In this document: piece after piece, positions 15,831 through 24,134 of the stretch | Numbering within the stretch: the first letter of the stretch is position 1 | Layout: each line of letters begins with the position of its first letter | DNA from: a virus | Reading direction: 5' to 3' (one strand) | Virus genome (UHGV): UHGV-0156931 | Length of the DNA: 26,169 nt | The notes under the pieces: model-generated | The model's database searches: none | What the model saw: only the letters and a program-made list of their open reading frames with translations | What the model was told of the DNA's origin: nothing | Position numbers and translations under genes: made by a program

Positions 15831-16664
15831 ATGACAGTGAAAGCAAAGCGTTTTCGCATCGGGGTGGAAGGTGCCACCACCGACGGACGCGAAATCCAGC
15901 GTGAATGGCTGGAACAGATGGCAGCCAGCTACAACCCGGCGGTGTATACCGCGCTGATTAACCTTGAGCACATCAAGTCTTATCTGCCGGACAGCACCTT
16001 TAACCGCTACGGCAAGGTGACGGCGCTATTTGCTGAAGAAATCACGGAAGGTCCGCTGGCAGGCAAGATGGCGCTGTATGCCGACGTTGAGCCAACGGAA
16101 TCCCTGGTGGAGCTGGTGAAAAAAGGCCAGAAATTATTCACCTCTATGGAAGTCAGCCCGAAGTTCGCTGATACGGGCAAAGCCTACCTGGTCGGCCTGG
16201 CTGCCACTGATGACCCTGCCAGTCTGGGCACTGAAATGCTGACATTCAGCGCCAGTGCAGCCCATAACCCGCTGGCAAACCGCAAGCAGAATCCCGCCAA
16301 TCTCTTTACCGCCGCAGAGGAAACGGTGATCGAACTGGAAGAAATCCAGGAGGACAAGCCGTCCCTGTTTGCCCGCGTCACGGCACTGTTCACCAAAAAA
16401 GAGCAGTCCGACGATGCCCGGTTCTCTGATGTGCATAAGGCCGTGGAGTTGGTCGCCACTGAGCAGCAAAACCTGAGTGCACGCACCGAAAAATCCCTGT
16501 CTGAGCAGGAAGAACGTCTGTCTGAGCTGGAGACTGCCCTGCAGGCACAGCAGACAGCCTTTAACGAACTGGTGAATAAGCTGAGTCATGAAGACAGCCG
16601 CCAGGACTACCGCCAGCGTGCAACAGGCGGTAACGCCCCCGCTGACACTCTGACCAATTGCTGA
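15831..16664 (+). CDS. O: Capsid scaffolding protein (P2 gpO family)
   Basis: 277 aa, first gene of the rightward head operon. Coiled-coil-like C-terminal region (EQEERLSELETALQAQQTAFNELVNKL). Confidence 0.88.
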   Translation: MTVKAKRFRIGVEGATTDGREIQREWLEQMAASYNPAVYTALINLEHIKSYLPDSTFNRYGKVTALFAEEITEGPLAGKMALYADVEPTESLVELVKKGQKLFTSMEVSPKFADTGKAYLVGLAATDDPASLGTEMLTFSASAAHNPLANRKQNPANLFTAAEETVIELEEIQEDKPSLFARVTALFTKKEQSDDARFSDVHKAVELVATEQQNLSARTEKSLSEQEERLSELETALQAQQTAFNELVNKLSHEDSRQDYRQRATGGNAPADTLTNC

Positions 16665-16680
16665 TGGAGCACAAAACCCG

Positions 16681-17739
16681 ATGAAGAAGAATACCCGCTT
16701 TGCTTTTAACGCTTACCTGCAGCAGCTGGCGCGTCTGAACGGTGTGGCCGTTGAAGAACTGTCCAGCAAGTTCACTGTAGAGCCGTCTGTGCAGCAGACG
16801 CTGGAAGATCAGATCCAGCAGTCCGCCGCATTCCTGACGCTGATTAACGTCACGCCAGTGACTGAGCAGTCTGGTCAGTTGCTGGGGCTGGGTGTTGGCA
16901 GCACCATTGCCGGAACCACTGATACCACAGCTAAAGAGCGTGAGCCTGTCGATCCGACGCTGATGGTCGATGTGAAATACAAATGCGAGCAGACTAACTT
17001 TGACACGGTGCTGACCTACGCGAAGCTGGACCTGTGGGCGAAGTTTCAGGATTTCCAGGTGCGTATCCGTGACGCCATCGTAAAACGTCAGGCACTGGAC
17101 CGCATCATGATCGGCTTTAACGGCGTGAAGCGTGCGAAAACCTCCAACCGTAGCGAAAACCCGCTGCTGCAGGATGTGAACAAAGGCTGGCTGCAGAAAA
17201 TCCGTGAAGATGCACCGGATCACGTCATGGGCAGCACCACCACGGGAGGTGAAACCACACCGGGTGCGGTGAAAGTCGGTAAAGGTGGCGAATATGCCAA
17301 CCTGGACGCAGTGGTGATGGATGCCGTCAATGAGCTTATCGACGTGGTCTACCAGGACGATGACGAACTGGTGGTGATTTGCGGTCGTGAACTGCTGTCT
17401 GACAAGTATTTCCCGCTGGTCAACAAAGAGCAGGAAAACAGTGAAAAACTGGCTGCCGATATGATCATCAGCCAGAAACGCATGGGTGGCCTGCAGGCCG
17501 TGCGTGCGCCGTTCTTCCCGCCGAATGCGCTGCTGATCACCCGTCTGGATAACCTGTCCATCTACTGGCAGGAAGACACCCGCCGCCGTTCAGTTATCGA
17601 CAACCCGAAACGTGACCGGATTGAAAACTTTGAATCCGTTAACGAAGCCTATGTGGTTGAGGACTACCGCTGCGCCGCACTGGTGGAAAACATCCAGATT
17701 GGTGACTTCAGCGCCGCCGCAGCAGAAACCGGAGCGTAA
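16681..17739 (+). CDS. N: Major capsid protein (P2 gpN family)
   Basis: 352 aa, immediately after the scaffold gene. Size and position fit P2 gpN (357 aa). Confidence 0.92.
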   Translation: MKKNTRFAFNAYLQQLARLNGVAVEELSSKFTVEPSVQQTLEDQIQQSAAFLTLINVTPVTEQSGQLLGLGVGSTIAGTTDTTAKEREPVDPTLMVDVKYKCEQTNFDTVLTYAKLDLWAKFQDFQVRIRDAIVKRQALDRIMIGFNGVKRAKTSNRSENPLLQDVNKGWLQKIREDAPDHVMGSTTTGGETTPGAVKVGKGGEYANLDAVVMDAVNELIDVVYQDDDELVVICGRELLSDKYFPLVNKEQENSEKLAADMIISQKRMGGLQAVRAPFFPPNALLITRLDNLSIYWQEDTRRRSVIDNPKRDRIENFESVNEAYVVEDYRCAALVENIQIGDFSAAAAETGA

Positions 17740-17742
17740 TTC

Positions 17743-18393
17743 ATGAGCCTGAGTCCCGCACGGCAGCATCGCCTGCGCGTTCAGGCTGAACAGGCCGCCC
17801 GCGAGGGCGGCAGTGTTCGCCACGCGTCGGGCTATGACCTGATGCTGCTGCAACTGGCGGAAGACCGCCGCCGTCTCAAGGGCGTTCAGTCCACGGTCAA
17901 AAAAGCGGAAATCAAGGTGGAGCTGCTGCCGAAGTACGCCGCCTGGGCAGAGGGTGTCCTGGCTGCCGGAGGCGCTCAACAGGATGACGTGCTGATGTAC
18001 GTGATGCTGTGGCGCATTGATGCCGGAGATTATGCCGGGGCGCTGGAGATCGGGCGTCATGCCCTGCGTCATGGCTGGGTGATGCCGCTGGGTAACCGCA
18101 ACGTGCAGACCGTGCTGGCAGAGGAAATGGCAGATGCAGCCCAGAGCGCAATGCTTGCCGCCACCGGCTTTGATGCCGATCTGTTGCTGCAGACGCTGGA
18201 GCTGACAGACGGTATGGATATGCCGGACCAGTCACGGGCGCGTCTGCATAAAGCGATTGGCGCTGTCCTGAGTGAAAACAATCCGGCGTCCGCCCTTAAT
18301 CATCTCAACCATGCGTTACAGCTCGATCCCCGCTGTGGCGTGAAAAAAGACAAACAGCAGCTGGAGCGCAGACTGCGCAATGACAGCCGCTGA
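17743..18393 (+). CDS. M: Terminase small/endonuclease subunit (P2 gpM family)
   Basis: 216 aa, follows N as in P2. ATG at 17743. Confidence 0.85.
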   Translation: MSLSPARQHRLRVQAEQAAREGGSVRHASGYDLMLLQLAEDRRRLKGVQSTVKKAEIKVELLPKYAAWAEGVLAAGGAQQDDVLMYVMLWRIDAGDYAGALEIGRHALRHGWVMPLGNRNVQTVLAEEMADAAQSAMLAATGFDADLLLQTLELTDGMDMPDQSRARLHKAIGAVLSENNPASALNHLNHALQLDPRCGVKKDKQQLERRLRNDSR

Positions 18394-18488
18394 CAGAACG
18401 TGCCCCCGCGCACGGGCGGCACGGGGTGGCGAAAGGCACTGCCACATCAAAACCCCGTCCACCGCCCTCTATTTCAGGAGAAAGCAGC

Positions 18489-18953
18489 ATGAAGTTTGTT
18501 GCGCCAGAACAGGCACCGGAACAGGCGGAAATCATCAGGAATACGCCGTTCTGGCCTGATGTGGACCTGTCGGAGTTTCGCAGTGTCATGCGCACTGACG
18601 GCACGGTGACGCAGCCGCGTTTAAAGCAGGTTGCGCTGTCGGCAATTTCGGAGGTCAACGCAGAGCTGTATGAGTTTCGCAGACGTCAGCAGATGCTGGG
18701 GTATGCGTCGCTGGCTGAGGTTCCGGCGGAACAGCTGGACGGCAAAAGTGAGCGCATCCAGCACTATTTCAACGCGGTTTACTGCTGGGCACGCGCCATG
18801 CTCAACGAACGATACCAGGACTATGACGCCACGGCATCCGGTGTGAAGCGAGGCGAGGAACTGGCGGAATCCAGCGGTGATTTGTGGCGTGACGCCCGCT
18901 GGGCCATCAGCCGGGTGCAGGATGCGCCGCACTGCACAGTGGAGCTTATCTGA
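18489..18953 (+). CDS. L: Head completion/stabilisation protein (P2 gpL family)
   Basis: ATG at 18489 with AGGAGAAAG RBS (ORF 18426 begins upstream). 154 aa. Stop overlaps the X start. Confidence 0.82.
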   Translation: MKFVAPEQAPEQAEIIRNTPFWPDVDLSEFRSVMRTDGTVTQPRLKQVALSAISEVNAELYEFRRRQQMLGYASLAEVPAEQLDGKSERIQHYFNAVYCWARAMLNERYQDYDATASGVKRGEELAESSGDLWRDARWAISRVQDAPHCTVELI

Positions 18954-19156
18954 TGAAAGTGCGTGCGCATCAGTATGACACGGTGGACGCGCTTTGCTGG
19001 CGTCATTACGGGCGCACGCAGGGTGTCACGGAGCAGGTACTGAAGGCAAATCCGGGGCTTGCCGAATACGGCCCCTTTTTACCTCACGGGCTGCAGGTGG
19101 AGCTGCCGGACATTCCGACCACCACCACCGTGCAGACCGTCCAGCTATGGGACTGA
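18953..19156 (+). CDS. X: Tail protein X (P2 gpX family)
   Basis: 67 aa, identical in length to P2 gpX. Located between L and the lysis genes as in P2. Confidence 0.8.
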   Translation: MKVRAHQYDTVDALCWRHYGRTQGVTEQVLKANPGLAEYGPFLPHGLQVELPDIPTTTTVQTVQLWD

Positions 19157-19159
19157 ATT

Positions 19160-19375
19160 ATGACGCTTGAGCGAATCAGCGCCTTTATCACGTATTGCAT
19201 CGCCGTCGTGCTGGCCTGGCTGGGCGATTTGTCCATCAAGGATGCCTCAACGCTGGGCGGCCTGATGATTGGTGTACTGATGCTGGCTATCAACTGGTAC
19301 TACAAACACAAAGCCTACCAGCTTCTGCGCGACGGGCAGATCTCGCGGGAGGACTATGAATCCATCAATCGTTAA
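19160..19375 (+). CDS. Holin (small two-TM protein, pinholin-like size)
   Basis: 71 aa with two hydrophobic segments (ISAFITYCIAVVLAWLG; LGGLMIGVLMLAINWYY) and a charged C-terminus. Immediately upstream of the endolysin. Confidence 0.65.
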   Translation: MTLERISAFITYCIAVVLAWLGDLSIKDASTLGGLMIGVLMLAINWYYKHKAYQLLRDGQISREDYESINR

Positions 19376-19868
19376 ACGCTGCCTTGTCGGGGCCGTGCTG
19401 GCTATTGCTGCCACGCTGCCGGGTTTTCAGCAGCTTCACACCTCCGTGGAGGGGCTGAAACTGATTGCTGATTACGAAGGCTGTCGTCTGCAGCCGTATC
19501 AGTGCAGCGCGGGTGTCTGGACCGACGGCATTGGTAATACGTCGGGCGTCATTCCCGGCAAAACCATTACGGAGCGACAGGCAGCAGAAGGGCTGATCTC
19601 CAACGTGCTGCGTGTGGAGCGGGCGCTGGAAAGGTGTGTGAAGCAACAGCCGCCGCAGAAGGTGTATGACGCTGCGGTGTCGTTTGCCTTCAACGTGGGA
19701 ACGGGCAATGCCTGCAGTTCCACACTGGTGAAATTACTCAATCAGCGGCGCTGGGCGGATGCGTGCCGACAGTTGCCGCGCTGGGTTTATGTGAAAGGTG
19801 TTTTTAATCAGGGGCTGGATAACCGCCGTGCGCGGGAGATGGCCTGGTGCTTACAGGGAGCAAACTGA
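19356..19868 (+). CDS. Endolysin, lysozyme-like with N-terminal SAR-type hydrophobic segment
   Basis: 170 aa. N-terminus KRCLVGAVLAIAATLPGF is hydrophobic. Catalytic region ADYEGCRLQPYQCSAGVWTDGIGNT resembles the E...D/C...T motif of phage-21-type lysozymes. GGGAGG RBS. Confidence 0.88.
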   Translation: MNPSIVKRCLVGAVLAIAATLPGFQQLHTSVEGLKLIADYEGCRLQPYQCSAGVWTDGIGNTSGVIPGKTITERQAAEGLISNVLRVERALERCVKQQPPQKVYDAAVSFAFNVGTGNACSSTLVKLLNQRRWADACRQLPRWVYVKGVFNQGLDNRRAREMAWCLQGAN

Positions 19869-19869
19869 A

Positions 19870-20247
19870 ATGAAAAAGAAAGTAATCAGCGGGCTGTTTC
19901 TGATGTTATGGATGGCGCTGTTGATCGCAGCAATGGTGTATCCGCAGGGGATTTTTCCGGTACTGGCAGCATCTGGTGTCTGGGTAGCCTGTTTGCTGAC
20001 ATGGGCGGTAATTCCGGTAGCACTGGCTGCGTTAATTAAGAATGGCCCGCTCTGGCAGGAGTTAAGGGTATCTTTGCTGAAGACAATTACCCGAAAAGAA
20101 AACGTATTTATCAGCTGGGTGATGCGATTGCTGATTGTCGTAAGTTTCGCCTGGACGGGGTGGGCTATTACCCTGGTCTTTTATCTGCTGACCGTTATTG
20201 CCTTCTGGTTGATCCGTAATCAGATTGCGCAACAGGTAGCAGCATGA
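19870..20247 (+). CDS. lysA: LysA-like multi-pass membrane protein (lysis accessory)
   Basis: ATG at 19870, directly after the endolysin stop. 125 aa with about four hydrophobic helices. Position matches P2 lysA. Confidence 0.65.
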   Translation: MKKKVISGLFLMLWMALLIAAMVYPQGIFPVLAASGVWVACLLTWAVIPVALAALIKNGPLWQELRVSLLKTITRKENVFISWVMRLLIVVSFAWTGWAITLVFYLLTVIAFWLIRNQIAQQVAA

Positions 20248-20672
20248 ACCGGTTGCTGCTGGTTGTGCTGGCGTTATTACTGGCGGCGCTGGGCTGGCAG
20301 ACGTGGCGGCTGGCTGATGCCAGCCAGACCATCAGCACGCAGGCAGACGAGCTTCGGAGCAAAAGCCAGGCACTGGCAAAGAGCAATAGCCAGCTTATCA
20401 GCCTGTCCATTCTGACTGAAACCAATAACCGGGAGCAGGCGCGGCTCTATGCCGAAGCAGAACAGACCAGCACGCTGCTGAGACAACGACAACACCGGAT
20501 CGAGGAACTGAAACGTGAGAACGAGGATTTACGCCGCTGGGCTGATACTCCTTTGCCTGCTGACATTATCCGGCTGCGGAAACGTCCGGCACTCACCGGA
20601 GGTATGGCTTACCGTCAGTGGTTGTCCGCGAGTGACGCCGTGTCGGCTGGATCAGGCAACGCCGCGCACTAA
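20244..20672 (+). CDS. lysB: LysB, Rz-like inner-membrane spanin
   Basis: 142 aa. N-terminal TM (LLLVVLALLLAALGW) then a charged coiled-coil-like region (ADELRSKSQALAKSNSQL...IEELKRENEDLRRW). Confidence 0.75.
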   Translation: MNRLLLVVLALLLAALGWQTWRLADASQTISTQADELRSKSQALAKSNSQLISLSILTETNNREQARLYAEAEQTSTLLRQRQHRIEELKRENEDLRRWADTPLPADIIRLRKRPALTGGMAYRQWLSASDAVSAGSGNAAH

Positions 20673-20805
20673 CGGTGATCTGAACGCGTTGCTGGATGAA
20701 ACGGAGGCCGCCTGGGCGGTCTGTGCAGACAAAGTGGACATGATTATTGCGTGTCAGGAGCGAAACAGTGAACAAACCACAATCCCTGCGCCACGCCCTC
20801 AATAA
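20515..20805 (+). CDS. lysC: LysC, Rz1-like outer-membrane lipoprotein spanin, out of frame within and beyond lysB
   Basis: GTG start. Lipoprotein signal with lipobox LTLSGC. Embedded in the 3-prime part of lysB in another frame and extending past it. Pro-rich C-terminus. Confidence 0.6.
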   Translation: MRTRIYAAGLILLCLLTLSGCGNVRHSPEVWLTVSGCPRVTPCRLDQATPRTNGDLNALLDETEAAWAVCADKVDMIIACQERNSEQTTIPAPRPQ

Positions 20806-21199
20806 AGCGGTGCCTTATGTCCGCAATAACCCGGACAAACTGCATCTGTTTGTGGATAACGGTTCGCTGGTTGCCACGGGGGCCAGCTCCATGTCATGGG
20901 AGTACCGCTATACCCTGAACGTGGTGATAGAGGATTTCAGCGGCGACCAGAATCTGCTGATGGCCCCGGTTTTACTGTGGCTTCGGGATAACCAGCCCGA
21001 TGCCATCAATAACCCGGCGTTACGGGAAAAGCTATTCACCTTTGATGTGGATATTTTGCGCAACGATGTCTGTGATATCAGCCTTAACCTGCAACTGACG
21101 GAACGTGTGCTGGTCAGCACTGACGGCAGTGTGTCGAGCGTTGAAGCTGTAGCAGAACCCGATGAACCTGAAGAAATGTGGACGGTGAAACGTGGCTGA
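20768..21199 (+). CDS. R: Tail completion protein R (P2 gpR family)
   Basis: ORF 20747..21199 begins at TTG; GTG at 20768 has AGGAG upstream. KPQSLRHALNKAVPYVRNNPDKLHLFVDNGS... is colinear with P2 gpR as recalled. Start uncertain. Confidence 0.8.
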   Translation: MNKPQSLRHALNKAVPYVRNNPDKLHLFVDNGSLVATGASSMSWEYRYTLNVVIEDFSGDQNLLMAPVLLWLRDNQPDAINNPALREKLFTFDVDILRNDVCDISLNLQLTERVLVSTDGSVSSVEAVAEPDEPEEMWTVKRG

Positions 21200-21638
21200 A
21201 CTGCAGAAGGTGGACGACTGGCTGAGTGCCTTGCTGGCGAATCTGGAACCAGCCACGAGAAGCCGCATGATGCGCCAGCTGGCGCAGGAACTGCGCCGGA
21301 CACAGCAGCAGAATATCAGGATGCAGCGCAATCCAGATGGCAGCAGTTATGAACCGCGCAGGGTAACAGCACGTAGCAAGAAGGGGCGCATCAAACGTCA
21401 GATGTTTGCAAAGCTGCGCACCACAAAATACCTGAAAACTGCCGCCAGCGCCGACTCTGCCAGCGTACAGTTTGAAGGCAAGGTGCAGCGCATTGCCCGC
21501 GTTCACCATTACGGCCTGCGAGATCGCGTCAGTCGTAAGGGACCGGAGGTGCGTTACGCAGAGCGTCGCCTTCTGGGTGTAAATGATGATGTTGAGGCAA
21601 TGACCCGTGACATGATTCTGCAATGGCTGGCGGGGTGA
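21192..21638 (+). CDS. S: Tail completion protein S (P2 gpS family)
   Basis: GTG start overlapping the R stop. 148 aa. Position and size match P2 gpS. Confidence 0.82.
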   Translation: MAELQKVDDWLSALLANLEPATRSRMMRQLAQELRRTQQQNIRMQRNPDGSSYEPRRVTARSKKGRIKRQMFAKLRTTKYLKTAASADSASVQFEGKVQRIARVHHYGLRDRVSRKGPEVRYAERRLLGVNDDVEAMTRDMILQWLAG

Positions 21639-21642
21639 TCTT

Positions 21643-21660
21643 TGTATCAGCACTGATACA
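21643..21660. promoter_or_regulatory. Candidate late-promoter activator site (TGT-N12-ACA with extended dyad) upstream of V
   Basis: TGTATCAGcaCTGATACA is a perfect 8-bp inverted repeat that also fits TGT-N12-ACA. Lies 5 bp after the S stop and ~47 bp before the V start. Spacing to V is shorter than the canonical -55 placement. Confidence 0.4.
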
Positions 21661-21706
21661 AGTTGCAGCACTGCCGCCTTTCTTCCCCTGATGGCAACCT
21701 TTCCCT

Positions 21707-22285
21707 ATGAACGCACAATTAACCGAAATCATGCGCCTTATCACCAACCTGATCCGCACAGGGGTAGTCACCGAAGTGGACAGGGAAAACTGGCTTTGCC
21801 GGGTGAAAACGGGCGAGCTTGAAACCAACTGGATCAGCTGGCTGACGCTGCGTGCCGGGAATGCCCGCACATGGTGGCGACCATCGGAAGGTGAGCAGGT
21901 GGTGCTGCTGAGTCTGGGCGGCAATCTGGAAACCGCCTTTGCGCTGCCCGCTGTCTATTCGAATCAGTTCGCACCACCGTCGACGTCGGCGGACGCCTGC
22001 GTGACAGAACATCCTGACGGTGGCTGGTTTGAATACGAACCTGCCACCGGGCGCTGGTATGTCAGGGGCATCAAATCCATGGTCATTGAGGCTGCCGATA
22101 ACATCACCCTGAAAACCAGTGAGTTTGTGCTGGAGGCTGAGTGCACGCGTATTAACAGCGAAGTGGTGGTCAATGGTGGCGTTACTCAGGGCGGCGGAGC
22201 GATGAGTTCTAACGGGATCGTGGTTGATGCGCATCAGCATACTGGCGTCCTGAAAGGCGGCGATACAACCGGAGGCCCGGTATGA
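21707..22285 (+). CDS. V: Baseplate assembly/spike protein V (P2 gpV family)
   Basis: 192 aa. N-terminus MNAQLTEIMRLITNLIRTGVV parallels P2 gpV as recalled. First gene of the baseplate block. Confidence 0.88.
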   Translation: MNAQLTEIMRLITNLIRTGVVTEVDRENWLCRVKTGELETNWISWLTLRAGNARTWWRPSEGEQVVLLSLGGNLETAFALPAVYSNQFAPPSTSADACVTEHPDGGWFEYEPATGRWYVRGIKSMVIEAADNITLKTSEFVLEAECTRINSEVVVNGGVTQGGGAMSSNGIVVDAHQHTGVLKGGDTTGGPV

Positions 22286-22641
22286 CGCTTTATAGCGGGA
22301 TGAACAATACCAGCGGTAAAGCCATTACTGATATTGACCATCTGCGCCAGTCGGTGCGGGACATTTTGCTGACGCCGCAGGGTAGCCGCATTGCCCGTCG
22401 GGAATATGGTTCCCTGCTGTCGGCACTGATAGACCAGCCACAAAATCCGGCATTACGCCTGCAGGTCATGTCGGCAGTGTATGTGGCGCTGAGTCGCTGG
22501 GAGCCACGGCTGACGCTGGATTCCATCACCCTTAACAGCAATTTTGACGGTTCAATGGTGGTGGAGCTGACCGGGCGACGTAATAACGGTGTGCCTGTTT
22601 CCCTTTCCGTATCAACAGGAGCAGAGAATGGCAGTGATTGA
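22282..22641 (+). CDS. W: Baseplate protein W (GPW/gp25 family)
   Basis: 119 aa, translationally coupled to V and J. Size and position fit P2 gpW. Confidence 0.88.
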   Translation: MTLYSGMNNTSGKAITDIDHLRQSVRDILLTPQGSRIARREYGSLLSALIDQPQNPALRLQVMSAVYVALSRWEPRLTLDSITLNSNFDGSMVVELTGRRNNGVPVSLSVSTGAENGSD

Positions 22642-23536
22642 CCTTTCGCAGTTGCCTGCGCCGCAGATTGTGGATGTGCCGGACTTTGAGACGCTGCTTG
22701 CCGAACGCAAGGCCGAATTTGTTGCGCTTCATCCGAAAGATGAGCAGGAAGCAGTGATCCGCACGCTGGAACTGGAATCTGAACCCGTCACCAAATTGCT
22801 TCAGGAGAACGCTTACCGTGAGTTGCTTCTGCGCCAGCGCATTAACGAAGCCGCGCATGCTGTGATGGTGGCTTACGCGATGGGCGGCGATCTTGACCAG
22901 CTCGCTGCCAACTACAACGTGAAACGCCTGACGGTGACGCCTGCTGATAATGACGCTGTGCCACCCGTTGCGGCTGTGATGGAAAGCGATGAAGCGTTAC
23001 GCCTGCGTGTGCCTGCGGCTTTTGAAGGGCTTTCGGTTGCGGGGCCAACCGCAGCTTATGAATTTCATGCCCGAAGCGCCGACGGTCGGGTGGCGGATGC
23101 CAGTGCAACCAGCCCGGCACCTGCAGAGGTGGTGCTAACGGTCCTAAGCCGTGAAGGCGACGGAACAGCAGAAAAAGACCTGCTGGACGTGGTGGAAAAA
23201 GCTCTGAACAGTGAGAACGTTCGCCCGGTGGCTGACCGTCTGACGGTTCGCAGCGCAGAAATCATCCCGTATCGCGTGGAAGCCACCATTTTTCTCTATC
23301 CGGGGCCGGAAGCAGAGCCGGTAATGGCAGCGGCAAAAGCCAGCCTGCAGAAATACATCGCCAGTCAGACGCGGCTTGGTCGGGATATTCGCCGTAGCGC
23401 CATCTTTGCCGCCCTGCATGTTGAGGGTGTGCAGCGTGTGGAGCTGGCTTCGCCGCTGGCGGATGTGGTTTTGAACAAAACGCAGGCGGCATCATGTACG
23501 GAGTGGAGCGTGACCAACGGGGGAACGGATGAATAG
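22628..23536 (+). CDS. J: Baseplate protein J (P2 gpJ family)
   Basis: ATG at 22628 with AGGAGCAGAG RBS gives 302 aa, the same length as P2 gpJ (ORF 22589 begins upstream). Confidence 0.9.
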   Translation: MAVIDLSQLPAPQIVDVPDFETLLAERKAEFVALHPKDEQEAVIRTLELESEPVTKLLQENAYRELLLRQRINEAAHAVMVAYAMGGDLDQLAANYNVKRLTVTPADNDAVPPVAAVMESDEALRLRVPAAFEGLSVAGPTAAYEFHARSADGRVADASATSPAPAEVVLTVLSREGDGTAEKDLLDVVEKALNSENVRPVADRLTVRSAEIIPYRVEATIFLYPGPEAEPVMAAAKASLQKYIASQTRLGRDIRRSAIFAALHVEGVQRVELASPLADVVLNKTQAASCTEWSVTNGGTDE

Positions 23537-24134
23537 TCTGCTGCCATCGGGGTCAACTTCACTGGAGCGCCGACTGGCGCAAACGTGCAGCGGGATTTCT
23601 GATCTGCAGGTGCCGCTGCGTGACTTGTGGAATCCGGCTACCTGCCCGGTCAGCTTCCTGCCTTATCTCGCCTGGGCGTTCTCTGTGGATCGCTGGGACG
23701 AAGGCTGGACAGAAAGCGTCAAGCGCCAGGTGGTGAAGGATGCTTTTTATATTCATCAGCATAAAGGGACCACCAGTGCCGTGCGGCGGGTGGTGGAGCC
23801 GTTCGGCTTTCTGATCCGCATTATTGAGTGGTGGCAAACCGGAGAGGCACCGGGCACGTTTCGCCTGGATATCGGCGTGCAGGACCAGGGCATCACTGAA
23901 GATACCTATCTGGAACTTGAGCGACTGATAAGCGATGCCAAACCATGTAGCCGCCACATGATCGGCATGTCCATCAATCTGCAGACCAGCGGCCCGTATT
24001 GGGTGGGAGCCGCCAGCTATCTTGGCGAAGAAATCACCATCTATCCGTATATCAACGAAACGATTATTTCCGGTGGCACCGCGCATGAAGGCGGGGCGGT
24101 CCATGTTATTGACACAATGAGAGTGAATCCATGA
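23529..24134 (+). CDS. I: Tail/baseplate protein I (P2 gpI family)
   Basis: 201 aa. Start overlaps the J end; stop overlaps the H start. Position fits P2 gpI. Confidence 0.82.
   Translation: MNSLLPSGSTSLERRLAQTCSGISDLQVPLRDLWNPATCPVSFLPYLAWAFSVDRWDEGWTESVKRQVVKDAFYIHQHKGTTSAVRRVVEPFGFLIRIIEWWQTGEAPGTFRLDIGVQDQGITEDTYLELERLISDAKPCSRHMIGMSINLQTSGPYWVGAASYLGEEITIYPYINETIISGGTAHEGGAVHVIDTMRVNP

Noticed and set aside
16561-17223. 220-aa minus-strand ORF (and 16134-16589, 16184-16486)
   Set aside because: Antisense to the scaffold and major capsid genes; shadow ORFs of strongly supported head genes.
21114-21671. 185-aa minus-strand ORF (and 20908-21303, 21032-21331)
   Set aside because: Antisense to tail completion genes R and S, which are supported by synteny and translational coupling.
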